Below are positions 31,063 through 41,684 of a stretch of 64,000 nucleotides of DNA, piece after piece. The stretch covers positions 220 through 64,219 of the forward strand of contig CAZMTN010000001.1 of the NCBI GenBank assembly GCA_964569655.1. Reading direction: 5' to 3'. Source of the DNA: an uncultured Candidatus Saccharibacteria bacterium. Its GTDB lineage: Bacteria > Patescibacteriota > Minisyncoccia > Phycocordibacterales > Phycocordibacteraceae. Positions within the stretch are counted from its first letter, which is position 1, and each line of letters opens with the position of its first letter. The translations under genes and the position numbers were made by a program. Below the pieces are notes generated by a model. The model ran no database searches and was not told the DNA's origin. It was given only the letters and a program-made list of their open reading frames with translations.

Positions 31063-31138
31063 GCCACCTTAGCTCAGTTGGTAGAGCGTTTGCATCGTAA
31101 GCAAAATGTCCCCGGTTCGAATCCGGGAGGTGGCTCCA
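31063..31138 (+). tRNA. tRNA-Thr(CGT)
   Basis: acceptor GCCACCT/AGGTGGC, anticodon stem TTTGC/GCAAA loop ATCGTAA, T-arm CCCGG-TTCGAAT-CCGGG, CCA encoded. Confidence 0.85.
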
Positions 31139-31139
31139 G

Positions 31140-31802
31140 ATGGACCAAGACAAGCCTGCGTCGAAGAAGGAAGCCCTCCACGGGGCGCTCTTTATCGGCG
31201 CCACACTCCTCTTCGCGTACCTCATCACCGAATTCATCGGGATAGCTGAGCTCAAGGATACGGCCGCGTCCGCCGGCCTTTGGGGCTACCTGGCCGTGAT
31301 CGTCCTCAAGATCACCACTATCATCGTGGTGCCGCTCGGCGGCGGCCCGATCTACGTCATCGCCGGCGCGGTGTACGGCTTCTGGACCGCACTCCTCATC
31401 ACGTTCATCGGGGACGTCATCGGCTTCACGGCGGCTTTCTATATCAGCCGCAGGTACGGCAACGTGCTCCTCAAGTACGTGGTCCCATCCCAGCATATGC
31501 CGATGCTCGAGAAGATCTTCGCCCGCGGCAGCGAGTGGAAGACGTTCATCAAGGGGCGCATCGCGTTCGCGACGCTTCCCGAGGTCTTCGCGTACGCGGC
31601 CGGCCTCACGGCGGTCTCGTATCCGCTCTTCATCGTGGTGCAGATGGTGCCGCACGTGGTCTCGGCCTCTTTGGCTATCCTCTTCGGGGACGTGCTCCTC
31701 TCGGGCGACATGCTCATGATCGTCGGGTCATCCGTCGTGGCCATGGCGTTCGTCGTCATCGGGGCGTGGTGGTTCCATCAGGACATCACCAAGGCCGCGT
31801 AA
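31140..31802 (+). CDS. TVP38/TMEM64 (DedA-related) family membrane protein
   Basis: VPLGGGPIYVIAGAVYGFW...FIGDVIGFTAAFYISRRYG signature. Confidence 0.7.
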   Translation: MDQDKPASKKEALHGALFIGATLLFAYLITEFIGIAELKDTAASAGLWGYLAVIVLKITTIIVVPLGGGPIYVIAGAVYGFWTALLITFIGDVIGFTAAFYISRRYGNVLLKYVVPSQHMPMLEKIFARGSEWKTFIKGRIAFATLPEVFAYAAGLTAVSYPLFIVVQMVPHVVSASLAILFGDVLLSGDMLMIVGSSVVAMAFVVIGAWWFHQDITKAA

Positions 31803-31858
31803 ACGCTATCCCCGACCGGGTCCTGTGAGGAATCGGCTGGCGGTATACTTGTGGGCAT

Positions 31859-32281
31859 ATGTCTGAAACATTCCCAGGTAAGCCGGGCAAGCCGCGCGAA
31901 TTTGTGCCGCTCGAAGAGGTTGCGGATAAGGCTTTGAATCCGGAGGAGCTCCTCATCAGGAGCCAGGAGAGCGAAGAGGATGAGGCCGAGGATGAGATGT
32001 CGGATCCGGTCCCGTTCGAGACCCGCCTGAAGGAGGCCTTCGAGAGGAATCCCCTGCAGGACACGGCTGCGCTCGAGGAAGCGATGCGTAATGAGGCTGC
32101 CTCAGGCGCGGATGAGGTAGAGGCGAAGTTCGACAAGCTCGCCGATGCTGACGGCTTCGAGCGCTCAAGGAAGCTTGCTGACGCGAAGCGGGAGCGTGAG
32201 ATGATCGATCCCGGCCGGAATGCCGGACGCAAGCCTGAGCGTCCGAAGGGCTCCGAGACCATACGAAAAGAAGCTGCATAG
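31859..32281 (+). CDS. hypothetical acidic protein
   Basis: 140 aa, Glu/Asp-rich; TATACT 9 nt upstream of ATG. Confidence 0.45.
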   Translation: MSETFPGKPGKPREFVPLEEVADKALNPEELLIRSQESEEDEAEDEMSDPVPFETRLKEAFERNPLQDTAALEEAMRNEAASGADEVEAKFDKLADADGFERSRKLADAKREREMIDPGRNAGRKPERPKGSETIRKEAA

Positions 32282-32291
32282 CCCGCACAAG

Positions 32292-32315
32292 GCGCTCCTT
32301 ACGGGAGCGCTTTTG
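32292..32315 (+). terminator. intrinsic terminator
   Basis: GCGCTCC-TTACG-GGAGCGC + TTTTG, immediately before prfB -10. Confidence 0.65.
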
Positions 32316-32328
32316 CTATACTCGCCTC

Positions 32329-33189
32329 ATGAACCCCGAGGAACGCCTCAAGGAGATCGAGGGCATGATGGCCATGCCCGACTTCTGGGCGGACAAGGAC
32401 AAGGCGCAGGAGATCGTGCGGGAGTACCAGAACCTGAAGGACGGCGGCTCGGACAACCAGGACGACGGCGGCGCGACGCTCGCCATCCTCGCCGGCGCCG
32501 GCGGAGACGATGCAGAGGACTTCGCTGCCATGCTCTCGAACATGTACCGCGCCTACGCAGGGAAGAAAGGGTGGAGCGTGCGCGAGCTCGACGCGAATGA
32601 GACCGACCAAGGCGGGTACCGCAGCGTGCTCATCGAGGTGAACGGGAAGGGCGCGTACGGGCGCCTGAAGCACGAATCCGGCGTGCACCGCCTCGTGCGC
32701 ATCTCGCCGTTCAATTCGCAAGGGAAGCGCCAGACCTCATTCGCCATGGTGGAGGTGCTGCCGAAATTGTCTCCGCAGCATAAGGTGGAGCTCGCGCCTG
32801 ATGATATCGAGATCACGTTCGCGCGTTCCGGCGGCGCCGGCGGCCAGAACGTGAACAAGCGCGAGACCGCGGTGCGCATCACGCATACGCCGACCAACCT
32901 CTCCGTCCACGTCTCGAGCGAGCGCAGCCAGCAGGCGAACCGCGAGAAGGCCCTGGAGCTCATCAAGGCGAAGATCTTCAAGCAGGAAGAGGAGCGTCTC
33001 AAGGCTGAGGCCGAGGGCCGCTCCATCGCGAAGACCACCGCGAACGAGTGGGGAAGCCAGATCCGCTCCTACGTGCTCCACCCGTACAAGCTCGTGAAGG
33101 ACCACCGCACGGAGTACGAGAGCCATAACCCGGATGCGGTGCTCGAGGGCGATCTGGACGATTTCATAGACGCGGCAGCTGCCGTTTAG
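32329..33189 (+). CDS. prfB: peptide chain release factor 2 (no programmed frameshift, short N-terminus)
   Basis: SPF tripeptide ([11 protein letters not shown]), GGQ ([11 protein letters not shown]); 286 aa; TATACT 6 nt upstream of ATG. Confidence 0.85.
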   Translation: MNPEERLKEIEGMMAMPDFWADKDKAQEIVREYQNLKDGGSDNQDDGGATLAILAGAGGDDAEDFAAMLSNMYRAYAGKKGWSVRELDANETDQGGYRSVLIEVNGKGAYGRLKHESGVHRLVRISPFNSQGKRQTSFAMVEVLPKLSPQHKVELAPDDIEITFARSGGAGGQNVNKRETAVRITHTPTNLSVHVSSERSQQANREKALELIKAKIFKQEEERLKAEAEGRSIAKTTANEWGSQIRSYVLHPYKLVKDHRTEYESHNPDAVLEGDLDDFIDAAAAV

Positions 33190-33268
33190 CCTTATCCCCA
33201 CCTCGCGGCGCCCTGGTTTCTCCAGATTTGTGGACGCGCCTCGTCCGGGTGCGGTACAATGAATTTCG

Positions 33269-33949
33269 ATGATTTACTTCGATAAGGTGACGAAGAAATA
33301 CGGCCATGGCGCTCCCGCCATCGAGAACGTCACGCTCTCCATCGAGCCGAACGAATTCGTCTCTATCGTGGGGCATTCGGGCGCAGGAAAGACTACGCTC
33401 CTGAAGCTCCTCCTTGCCGAGGAGTCCCCATCGGACGGCACCGTCTTCTTCGAATCCCTCGACGTGCACTCGCTGCCGTCGAGCTCGCTCCACCAGTACC
33501 GCCGCAAGATCGGCACCGTGTTCCAGGACTTCAAGCTGATTCCGAACAAGACCGCGTACGAGAACATCGCGTTCGCGATGGAGGCCGCCGGCCGCCACGA
33601 CGATGAGATCGCGACCGACGTGCCGCACATCCTCGAGCTCGTGGACCTCACCGACAAGGCGCACCATTTCCCGCGCCAGCTCTCGGGCGGGGAGCAGCAG
33701 CGCGTCGCCATCGGCCGCGCCATCATCAACCAGCCGGACATCATCGTCGCCGACGAGCCGACCGGGAACCTGGACCCCATCAATACCTACGAGGTCGTCG
33801 ACATCCTGAAGAAAATCAACGAGATCGGCACCACCGTCATCATCACGACCCACAACAAGGGGGTCGTCGATGCGATCGGGAAGCGCGTCATTACCATGGA
33901 TAAAGGAAAGCTGGTCCGCGACGATGCGACCGGCCACTACGTATTATGA
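33269..33949 (+). CDS. ftsE: cell division ATP-binding protein FtsE
   Basis: Walker [13 protein letters not shown] signature [14 protein letters not shown], Walker [13 protein letters not shown]. Confidence 0.85.
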   Translation: MIYFDKVTKKYGHGAPAIENVTLSIEPNEFVSIVGHSGAGKTTLLKLLLAEESPSDGTVFFESLDVHSLPSSSLHQYRRKIGTVFQDFKLIPNKTAYENIAFAMEAAGRHDDEIATDVPHILELVDLTDKAHHFPRQLSGGEQQRVAIGRAIINQPDIIVADEPTGNLDPINTYEVVDILKKINEIGTTVIITTHNKGVVDAIGKRVITMDKGKLVRDDATGHYVL

Positions 33950-34875
33950 ACACCTGGACCAATATCAGAAGGATGATCACCTCGGGCGCGAAGGACTTCA
34001 CGCGCGGCGGCGCGGTGACCGTAGCGACGGTGCTCATCATGACGGTGACCATGGGCATCATCGCCTCCATGATCTTCCTCTCGGCCATCCTCGGCGGGAC
34101 GCTCGAGTCCATCAAGGATAAGGTGGACGTGAACGTCTACTTCGTGCAGAGCGCGAGCGAGGACGAGATCCTCGAGGTAGCGGAGAAGGTGCGCCAGCTT
34201 CCGGAGGTAAAGGAGGTTACCTACACCTCCCGCGAGCAGGCGCTCGTCGAGTTCCGCGAACGTCACGCGACCGATCAGCTCACCCTCCAGGCGCTCGATG
34301 AGATCGGTGCCAACCCGCTCAACGCCTCCATTTCCGTAAAGGCGAAGGATCCCGCCGAGTACGGCTCCATCGTGGAGTTCCTCTCGAACGATCCGACGCT
34401 CGTGTCAGGCGGCACCTCCATCATCCACCGCGTGAACTACTACCAGAACAAGGAGGTCATCGACCGCCTCTCGGCAGCCATGAATACGACCAAGAGCACG
34501 GGCGTCGCGATCGTCATCCTCTTCGCAATCGCGTCCATCGTGATCGCCTTCGCCACCATCCGCCTCGCCATCTACTCTTCCCGCGACGAGATCGCCGTCA
34601 TGCGGCTCGTCGGAGCGTCGAATATGTATATCCGCGGACCGTTCATCGTCGCGGGCGTCATCGCGGGGGTCCTGGCTGCGCTCATCACCTTGGTGCTCCT
34701 GTTCCCGATAAGCTGGTTCGCGGGCGACGCGCTCGAGTCCTGGCTCTCCGGCTTCAACCTCTTCAGCTACTACCTCTCTAACTTCGCCTCAGTCTTCCTC
34801 ATCCTTCTCGGCTCAGGCATCGCGCTCGGCTCGCTCGCGTCCCTGATAGCGGTGCGTACGTATCTGCGTATCTAG
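33946..34875 (+). CDS. ftsX: cell division permease FtsX
   Basis: N-terminal TM, periplasmic domain, 3 C-terminal TMs; ATGA overlap with ftsE. Confidence 0.8.
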   Translation: MNTWTNIRRMITSGAKDFTRGGAVTVATVLIMTVTMGIIASMIFLSAILGGTLESIKDKVDVNVYFVQSASEDEILEVAEKVRQLPEVKEVTYTSREQALVEFRERHATDQLTLQALDEIGANPLNASISVKAKDPAEYGSIVEFLSNDPTLVSGGTSIIHRVNYYQNKEVIDRLSAAMNTTKSTGVAIVILFAIASIVIAFATIRLAIYSSRDEIAVMRLVGASNMYIRGPFIVAGVIAGVLAALITLVLLFPISWFAGDALESWLSGFNLFSYYLSNFASVFLILLGSGIALGSLASLIAVRTYLRI

Positions 34876-34877
34876 GT

Positions 34878-36515
34878 ATGGCTCGGGAAGGTCACAAGTA
34901 CATATTCGTCCTCGGGGGCGTGATGAGCGGGGTTGGGAAGGGCGTCGCCTCGTCGTCTATCGGCCTCATCCTCAAGGAGCGCGGCTTCCCGGTGAACCTC
35001 GTGAAGATCGATCCCTATCTCAACGTCGACGCGGGCACCATGAATCCGACCGAGCACGGCGAGGTGTTCGTGCTCTCGTCCGGCCTCGAGACCGACCAAG
35101 ACATGGGCAACTACGAGCGCTTCCTCGGCCGCGACCTCACCAACGAGGACTACATGACGGGCGGCATGGTCTACCGCTCGGTCATCGACCGCGAGCGCGC
35201 GCTCGGGTACGGCGGCAAGTGCGTGGAGGCCATTCCGCACGTGCGCGACGAGATCATGAGCCGCATCCAGGCAGCCGCGGACCACAACGGCAGCCGCATC
35301 TCGGTCATCGAGGTCGGGGGAACCGTCGGCGACTTCCAGAACGCCCTCTTCATCGAGGCGGCGCGCGTCCTCAAGATGAAGTATCCGGACGACGTGCTCT
35401 TCGTGATGGTGTCGTATCTGCCGGTGCCGGGCACGCTCGGCGAGATGAAGACCAAGCCGACGCAGAACGCGGTCAGGCAGCTGAATTCATACGGCGTCCA
35501 GCCGGACTTCCTCATCGCGCGTTCCAAGGAGCCCATGGACGAGAAGCGCAAGGAGAAGCTTGCGATCGCCGTGTCGGTGCGTTCGGACCGCATCATCAAC
35601 GCGCCGGACGTGAAGTCCATCTACGACGTCCCGCTCAATTTCGAGAAGGATAAGATCGGCGACGCGCTCCTCGACGCATTGCGCATGAAGCCCGAGAGCG
35701 ACGGGGATTTCACCGCGTGGAAGGAATTCGTGGAGAATACGCGGGTCGCGGGCCCTGAGGTGAAGATCGGCATCGTGGGCAAGTATTTCGATACGGGGGA
35801 TTACGTGCTTTCGGACGCCTACTTGTCGGTCATCGAGGCGCTCAAGTTCTCGGGAGCAGAACTTAAGGTGAAGCCCGTGATCGAGTGGATCAACGCGAAG
35901 GATATCGAGAAGAGCGGAGACGCGTCAGTGCTCGCGAAGTACGACGGCATCCTCGTGCCGGGCGGGTTCGGGGAATCAGGCATCGAAGGAAAGCTGAAGG
36001 CCATCCAGTTCGCCCGGGAGAACAAGATCCCGTACTTCGGCCTCTGCTACGGCATGCAGCTCATGGTGGTCGAGTACGCGCGCAACGTGCTCGGGCACCA
36101 GAACGCGAACACGGTGGAGATCAATCCGGATACCGAGCACCCGATCGTCGCCATGATGGACTCCCAGAAGGAGATCGTCGCGAAAGGGAACTACGGCGGC
36201 ACCATGCGCCTCGGCACCTATGCCGCGAAGCTGAAGGAAGGGACCATCGCCCGCGAAGCGTACGGGAAGGATGAGGTCGAGGAACGGCATCGCCACCGCT
36301 ATGAGATCAATCCGGCGTACACCGCGCCGATATCCGAGGCCGGCCTCGTGTTCTCCGGCACCAGCCCGGACGGCGTCCTCATGGAGATCGCGGAGCTCCC
36401 GAAGGATGCGCATCCGTTCATGCTCGGTACGCAGTTCCATCCTGAACTCAAAGCCCGCCCGCTCGATCCGCACCCTTTGTTCACCGCGTTTCTGAGGGCT
36501 GCGGCCAAGCTCTAA
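34878..36515 (+). CDS. pyrG: CTP synthase
   Basis: IFVLGGVMSGVGKGV N-terminus; glutamine amidotransferase domain GLCYGMQ. Confidence 0.9.
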   Translation: MAREGHKYIFVLGGVMSGVGKGVASSSIGLILKERGFPVNLVKIDPYLNVDAGTMNPTEHGEVFVLSSGLETDQDMGNYERFLGRDLTNEDYMTGGMVYRSVIDRERALGYGGKCVEAIPHVRDEIMSRIQAAADHNGSRISVIEVGGTVGDFQNALFIEAARVLKMKYPDDVLFVMVSYLPVPGTLGEMKTKPTQNAVRQLNSYGVQPDFLIARSKEPMDEKRKEKLAIAVSVRSDRIINAPDVKSIYDVPLNFEKDKIGDALLDALRMKPESDGDFTAWKEFVENTRVAGPEVKIGIVGKYFDTGDYVLSDAYLSVIEALKFSGAELKVKPVIEWINAKDIEKSGDASVLAKYDGILVPGGFGESGIEGKLKAIQFARENKIPYFGLCYGMQLMVVEYARNVLGHQNANTVEINPDTEHPIVAMMDSQKEIVAKGNYGGTMRLGTYAAKLKEGTIAREAYGKDEVEERHRHRYEINPAYTAPISEAGLVFSGTSPDGVLMEIAELPKDAHPFMLGTQFHPELKARPLDPHPLFTAFLRAAAKL

Positions 36516-36581
36516 CAGGTTGTTAAAATCCCGGTTTTTTCGTATTGTCAGTGAACGCCGGCCCTACGGGGCCGTGCGTAT

Positions 36582-36652
36582 TGCGGGATCGTCTAATGGT
36601 AGGACAACGGACTCTGAATCCGTTTATCTAGGTTCGAATCCTAGTCCCGCAG
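36582..36652 (+). tRNA. tRNA-Gln(CTG)
   Basis: acceptor TGCGGGA/TCCCGCA, anticodon stem ACGGA/TCCGT loop CTCTGAA, T-arm CTAGG-TTCGAAT-CCTAG. Confidence 0.8.
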
Positions 36653-37050
36653 CTCGTAAAATTACATCAGCTATACTCTGATTCATGAAGGTTTATGCAG
36701 AAGTCGGAATTGGCAACGGCACTCTCTTTTCAACCGAGTTTGAGGAAGGAGAAAATGAATACAGACTCCCGAAATTCGTTAAGCCATTAAATATCTCTGG
36801 CTACTATATTCGTATATGGATTCTAAAAAGGGTTTATGTATTTTCAACAAACCATGGTTTTGAGATAACTCAAAAAGATAAGACAAAGTTCAAATTCTTG
36901 TTTGGGATAAGCGGGACAAATTAGTTCCCACGTCGTACCACAGCCCCAGCCAATATGAGGCAGGTTCGGTATCCGAAGCGCGCCGATATCTCGTAACGTT
37001 ATCCAGATACCGCAGTATTTCAAGCAGTTTTTCGGGTATACTTTAAAACC

Positions 37051-40000
37051 ATGTCCCATGCATATCGGGCAAAGTACCTCTTCGCAGTGCTTGTGGTTTT
37101 CTATACTTTAGGGGTTCCTTATGCGCATGCCGCGGGTCCTGCCGGTGTCGAAGACGGTCTCAAGTTCTGGTTCTCTGCAGACAGTGGCGCAAAAGATTCA
37201 GGAGGAAATGCGGCGTCTGATAGCGAACAAGTAGAGACTTGGGAAGATCAGTCGACAGACAACCGAGACGCAACGCGCTCTGCAGGAAGCGCGGTCTATA
37301 CCGCCACCGGCTTGAACTTCAATCCGACTCTTGCCTTTACCGACGGACGATACCAAGCAAGCGACACGGGACTTGTTAGTGGGTCAGGGGATCGCTCTAT
37401 TTTCATCGTTGCCTCAGCAGATTCCGGGGGATGGCGCTATGTGCTCGGCGCAGGAACATTCGGCAGCGGCCGAGGATTCGATTTCGGACATAACGCCAAT
37501 AACGGATCTGTTTTTATCACCACCCATTCCTCTCAGGAGGCGAATACGGGTAGCTGGACTCCCTATGGAAGCGCGCGCCTTGCTTACGGCGCCGTAAACG
37601 GAGGACCTCTCTATATCGCCGTAAACGGAAGCACGCCAGCGCAAGGAAGCGGAGGCAGCGTCAACACGGTCTTAAGCGGGAGCGTGAAAATAGGATCGAA
37701 TTCACGCGGCGATGAATATTGGGACGGAAATATTTCTGAAGTTATTTACTACAACCGACTCGTTACTTCCACCGAACGGCAGCGCATTAACTCGTATCTC
37801 GCGCTGAAATACGGATTCAGTCTTGATCAGACCACGCCTCAGAGCTATCTTGCGAGCGGCAGTAACCTGATGTGGGACAAGGATGCGTCAGGAGCCAGTA
37901 CTTATGATAACGACCTGTTTGGTATTGGTCGTGATGATGCTTCTAACTTGAGTCAGATAAAGTCTCGAGGTCAGAATTCAACTACCGTGATTACGGTTGA
38001 GGCGGTAGGTGAGGGTACAAATCTCGAACCTGACTTTGAAGATATCGATGATCTTGAATTTCTTGTGTTTGGCGATAACGGTGGAGCTGCCTCCTGGACC
38101 GCAACAGGCGCTCCAGATGGATACAGTATTCTTGCACGCCAGTGGAAGAAGCAGGAGCAGGGCAATGTTGGATTCGTGAACATGGACTTCGACGTTGCAA
38201 ATAGCAACATGAACATTCCGGCCACGCTCGATGGAGGTGTATATTACTTCGTCTACGATTCCGATAACGATGGTTCTCTCGCTGATGAGGTGCCACAAGG
38301 AATGTCTGATCAAGGAAGCGACGACTGGCGTGTGACGGTAGACTTTGGATCTGGCGGTCTTTTTACGCTCGCGACTACTGAAAATCCAGCAGCAGAAACG
38401 CTTTCTCCCGTGGACAATGCTACCGGAGTAAATGGGAACTCAAATCTCGTGATTACCCTGAGTACCTCGGTGACGGTGGATACCGGGAACATCGTCATAA
38501 AGAAGTCATCCGATGATTCCACGGTTGAGACTATTCCTGTTGGTAGTGGACAGGTGACTGGTAGCGGGACAGACACTATCACAATCAATCCAACGAATTC
38601 GCTTGAGGGAGGTGTTGAGTATTACGTCCAAATCCCGTCTACCGCATTCAAGGACGGTAGCAATAACTACTTCCCAGGTATCACCAACACTACCGGATGG
38701 AGCTTTACTACCGGTGATTCCACAGCACCAACTCTTTCAAGTGTAACGGCTACCTCGACCGCACCTACGACGGCAACTATTACTTGGACCAGTAACGAAG
38801 CGGCGTCAACAAAAGTTTCGTACGGGCTCACTAGCACCTATGGCACTAATAGCTCTGAAACGAATACGTCACCCCGCGTCACCTCGCATTCAAAGGCTCT
38901 TAGTAGCTTGCTCGGCTGCACTACATACCACTACGCGGCAGTGTCTCGGGACGCGGCGGGGAATACCGCGACTTCAACCGACGCTACGTTTACGACTCCC
39001 GGCTGTGAAGGAGATGCGACGCCTACCTCGGCAACATCGACTGCGATTACTTCAAGTTCTGGTGGGTCGACAGATATTGAAGACGATGGAAAAACGTTTA
39101 CGGTAACGGCACCAGCGGACGTAACGGACGATGCGTCTTCGTTTGTGATCCAGGTAAAGGCCATTCCAAGTGCTGATGTCCTTGCGTCGCTCGGACGTCC
39201 GGGTGCGGCGCCCAATGAGGTAGGTGTGACCGTTTTCGACGTAAAAGCCATTATTAACGGCACCACCATCCTCGATTCCTTCGATGCTGAAGTAACTATT
39301 GAGTATGAATACACCGATGGTGAAATCTCCGCTTTAGATGAATCCTCCCTCTGGCTGTATCACTACACTGCCGGAGCGTGGGCCGCGCTCAATGACTGTA
39401 CGGTGGATACTGGTGCTAATACGATCTCCTGTACAACGCCATCATTCTCGATATTCGGCTTGTTTGGCTCTGAGTCAGAAGAAGAATCTCAAAGCGCATC
39501 AGGTGGAGGGGTTCGGTATGGCTGCAAGGATCAAAGCGCTTCTAATTACGACTACTTCTCACGTCATAAGCAGGAATTGTGCAAATACGAATCTAAACCC
39601 GTAACGGCAAGCGTATGTGCGCCCCATATGACTGGCTATATTCGTTACGGAGCAGACAATGACCCGCTAGAGGTACGGAAGCTGCAGACATTCCTGAATG
39701 AGAAGCAGGGCGAGAGTCTTGCGGTCGATGGCGGATATGGCCTTGATGACATGGAGGCAGTGAAGCGGTTCCAACAGAAGCATAAGAGCGAGGTGCTTGG
39801 AGTGTGGGGGCTTTCCGAGCCGACCGGCTATGTGTACCGCACGACGCTCATGAAAATCAATTCCTTCTACTGCAGCGCATCCGTAACGTGTCCCGCGTTT
39901 ACCGAGCACAACAGCCTTACGGAAAACACTGTTTCCGCTGAAGTAGGCAAGACGAAAATGCTCCTTTCTGAACTCGGCTTTTATTCTGGAACAGTTACTA

Positions 40001-40194
40001 ACACGTTTGATGCTTCCCTCGACGCGTCTCTCAAGAACTTTCAGGAGACCTTCAATGAAACTATGCTTAAGCCGTGGGGTTTGGTAAATGGTACGGGGTA
40101 CAAATATAAGACCACGAACAAGTTCCTAAACATGCTGGTGGGATGCGAAACTCCTGCGGTAGAGCTGGATGGGAAGGGTACGTTTGATTACTAG
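37051..40194 (+). CDS. large secreted surface protein: LamG-like + Fn3/Ig-like domains + 2 C-terminal peptidoglycan-binding (PG_binding_1) repeats
   Basis: 1047 aa; signal peptide; concanavalin/LamG-like region; Fn3-like VSYGLTSTYG...TYHY; C-terminal DGGYGLDDMEAVKRFQ and ELGFYSGTVTNTFDASLDASLKNFQ repeats. Confidence 0.8.
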   Translation: MSHAYRAKYLFAVLVVFYTLGVPYAHAAGPAGVEDGLKFWFSADSGAKDSGGNAASDSEQVETWEDQSTDNRDATRSAGSAVYTATGLNFNPTLAFTDGRYQASDTGLVSGSGDRSIFIVASADSGGWRYVLGAGTFGSGRGFDFGHNANNGSVFITTHSSQEANTGSWTPYGSARLAYGAVNGGPLYIAVNGSTPAQGSGGSVNTVLSGSVKIGSNSRGDEYWDGNISEVIYYNRLVTSTERQRINSYLALKYGFSLDQTTPQSYLASGSNLMWDKDASGASTYDNDLFGIGRDDASNLSQIKSRGQNSTTVITVEAVGEGTNLEPDFEDIDDLEFLVFGDNGGAASWTATGAPDGYSILARQWKKQEQGNVGFVNMDFDVANSNMNIPATLDGGVYYFVYDSDNDGSLADEVPQGMSDQGSDDWRVTVDFGSGGLFTLATTENPAAETLSPVDNATGVNGNSNLVITLSTSVTVDTGNIVIKKSSDDSTVETIPVGSGQVTGSGTDTITINPTNSLEGGVEYYVQIPSTAFKDGSNNYFPGITNTTGWSFTTGDSTAPTLSSVTATSTAPTTATITWTSNEAASTKVSYGLTSTYGTNSSETNTSPRVTSHSKALSSLLGCTTYHYAAVSRDAAGNTATSTDATFTTPGCEGDATPTSATSTAITSSSGGSTDIEDDGKTFTVTAPADVTDDASSFVIQVKAIPSADVLASLGRPGAAPNEVGVTVFDVKAIINGTTILDSFDAEVTIEYEYTDGEISALDESSLWLYHYTAGAWAALNDCTVDTGANTISCTTPSFSIFGLFGSESEEESQSASGGGVRYGCKDQSASNYDYFSRHKQELCKYESKPVTASVCAPHMTGYIRYGADNDPLEVRKLQTFLNEKQGESLAVDGGYGLDDMEAVKRFQQKHKSEVLGVWGLSEPTGYVYRTTLMKINSFYCSASVTCPAFTEHNSLTENTVSAEVGKTKMLLSELGFYSGTVTNTFDASLDASLKNFQETFNETMLKPWGLVNGTGYKYKTTNKFLNMLVGCETPAVELDGKGTFDY

Positions 40195-40424
40195 GGCGAG
40201 ATGTAGCGGAGACTCTGCAGCTTCGAAGCAAGGATCCTCCAGTCAATTGTTCTGAACGTGTCCAGATCGGGCAGCAGCCATGTGAGACCGACCGATACGC
40301 CTGTTTTTGCAGAAGCCAGTTTGCACCAGTCATGGGCACGAACTTCTTCCAAAGACGACATATTCGGTTTAAGTCCACGAGGTACTCCACCCCGAAAAGG
40401 CATACCGGCTGAGAGCCGTATTCA

Positions 40425-40460
40425 GGAATCAAAAACCGCCCTAGGGCGGTTTTTGATTCC
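40425..40460. terminator. bidirectional terminator between convergent genes
   Basis: perfect palindrome GGAATCAAAAACCGCCC-TA-GGGCGGTTTTTGATTCC. Confidence 0.7.
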
Positions 40461-40478
40461 TTAGGACCAAGAGGTCAT

Positions 40479-40940
40479 TTAGAGTTCGCTTAGTTTTTTC
40501 TTCATCCATTCAATTTCACCTTGCTGGCCTGAAACAATGTTCCTACAAAGTTCTTGAATTTGAGGATCTTGGACAGATGCTTTCTCACACATGAGGATTG
40601 CGCTTGCATGGTGAGGAATCATAGATTTAAGAAATTCCTCGTCTCCGACAAGTGCCTGGATACGGATCAGTGCAAAGAATACAATCATTGCAACAATTCC
40701 CCCGACCATAATCATGATGTTCACCTTTTTATTCGGATACATCTTTCTCATAAAAAGCATCTCAATCACAACCATGGGTGAAGTCATCAGTGCAGCCATG
40801 TAGAGCTGATTGAAGTTTGGGTATACGTTGCCCAGCACATTTACCATGCTGTACATAAGCACATACATTGCTACGAATGACAGCACAACCATTATTCCAA
40901 AATGAATATATGGATTCTCGTGTTCCATTGAATGTTTCAT
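40479..40940 (-). CDS. DUF305 family membrane protein
   Basis: MIPHHASAILMCEKA...ELCRNIVSGQQGEIEWMKKKL matches DUF305 HH..AI.M / Q..EI..M..WL pattern; 3 N-terminal TMs. Confidence 0.65.
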   Translation of the reverse strand: MKHSMEHENPYIHFGIMVVLSFVAMYVLMYSMVNVLGNVYPNFNQLYMAALMTSPMVVIEMLFMRKMYPNKKVNIMIMVGGIVAMIVFFALIRIQALVGDEEFLKSMIPHHASAILMCEKASVQDPQIQELCRNIVSGQQGEIEWMKKKLSEL

Positions 40941-41029
40941 AGGTCAATTAAGTATTTATTAATCCCCCGTATACTTTCTTAAATTATACCCCTCGGGGGT
41001 ACTATAAGGGAGATAACTTATACACAAAC

Positions 41030-41377
41030 ATGATTGAGCTACCAATACTTATTTTGCAATTTGGAATTGCCATAACCTTTCTTCTCACGGGGATTTTGAT
41101 ACTTCTTTCAAAAGATAGGTGGGTGCACATGCTTCCGTCCTGGTTCTCACGCTTCCCTTGGTCGCCTCGCTCATTTATGACCGGTACTGCTTTAGGAGAT
41201 TTAGCAATCGGTGTATGGCTTATTAGCGGGTATGCAACAGGTGTTGCGGCAATAGTTGCCTCTGCACATTTGGCAGGTGTTTTGCTTGTATCGGGGAAGC
41301 ATGAGTTCCACGAGGTGTATAGAGACATCGGCCTTCTTATGGCAAGCATATCCCTCTCGCTATTCTTTCTTGCTTAG
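41030..41377 (+). CDS. hypothetical membrane protein
   Basis: 115 aa, 4 TM segments. Confidence 0.45.
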   Translation: MIELPILILQFGIAITFLLTGILILLSKDRWVHMLPSWFSRFPWSPRSFMTGTALGDLAIGVWLISGYATGVAAIVASAHLAGVLLVSGKHEFHEVYRDIGLLMASISLSLFFLA

Positions 41378-41416
41378 TGTTGACTCAATATACCCCTAAG
41401 GGGTACCATTAGAGCA

Positions 41417-41683
41417 ATGAAGATTGAAAACAAGAAGCAAGTCCAAAACAGGCTGCGTCGTATTGAAGGGCAAGTACGAGGACTGCAAGAACTGGTGGAA
41501 AAGGATACATACTGCATTGACATCATTACCCAGACTTCCGCGATCAAAAGTGCTCTTTCTGGAGTTGAAGATCTTCTACTTGAAAATCACCTCGATACCT
41601 GTGCCTCTACCCAAATCAAGTCAGGGAATATCGGCAAAGCGAAGAAAGAGATACTGGCCGTGTATCGCTTGAAACGCAAGTAG
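41417..41683 (+). CDS. csoR: CsoR/RcnR family metal-sensing transcriptional repressor
   Basis: [38 protein letters not shown]...C-H-C ligand pattern. Confidence 0.85.
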   Translation: MKIENKKQVQNRLRRIEGQVRGLQELVEKDTYCIDIITQTSAIKSALSGVEDLLLENHLDTCASTQIKSGNIGKAKKEILAVYRLKRK

Positions 41684-41684
41684 C

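Noticed and set aside
32200-32330. Programmed +1 frameshift site for prfB
   Set aside because: There is no CTTTGAC-like site or upstream exon. A terminator and a -10 element occupy the region.
36685-37059. Small ORFs 36685-36924 (+) and 36844-37059 (-) in the AT-rich tRNA-proximal spacer
   Set aside because: They have no motifs and low-complexity AT-rich codons. They overlap each other and the promoter region of the large surface-protein gene.
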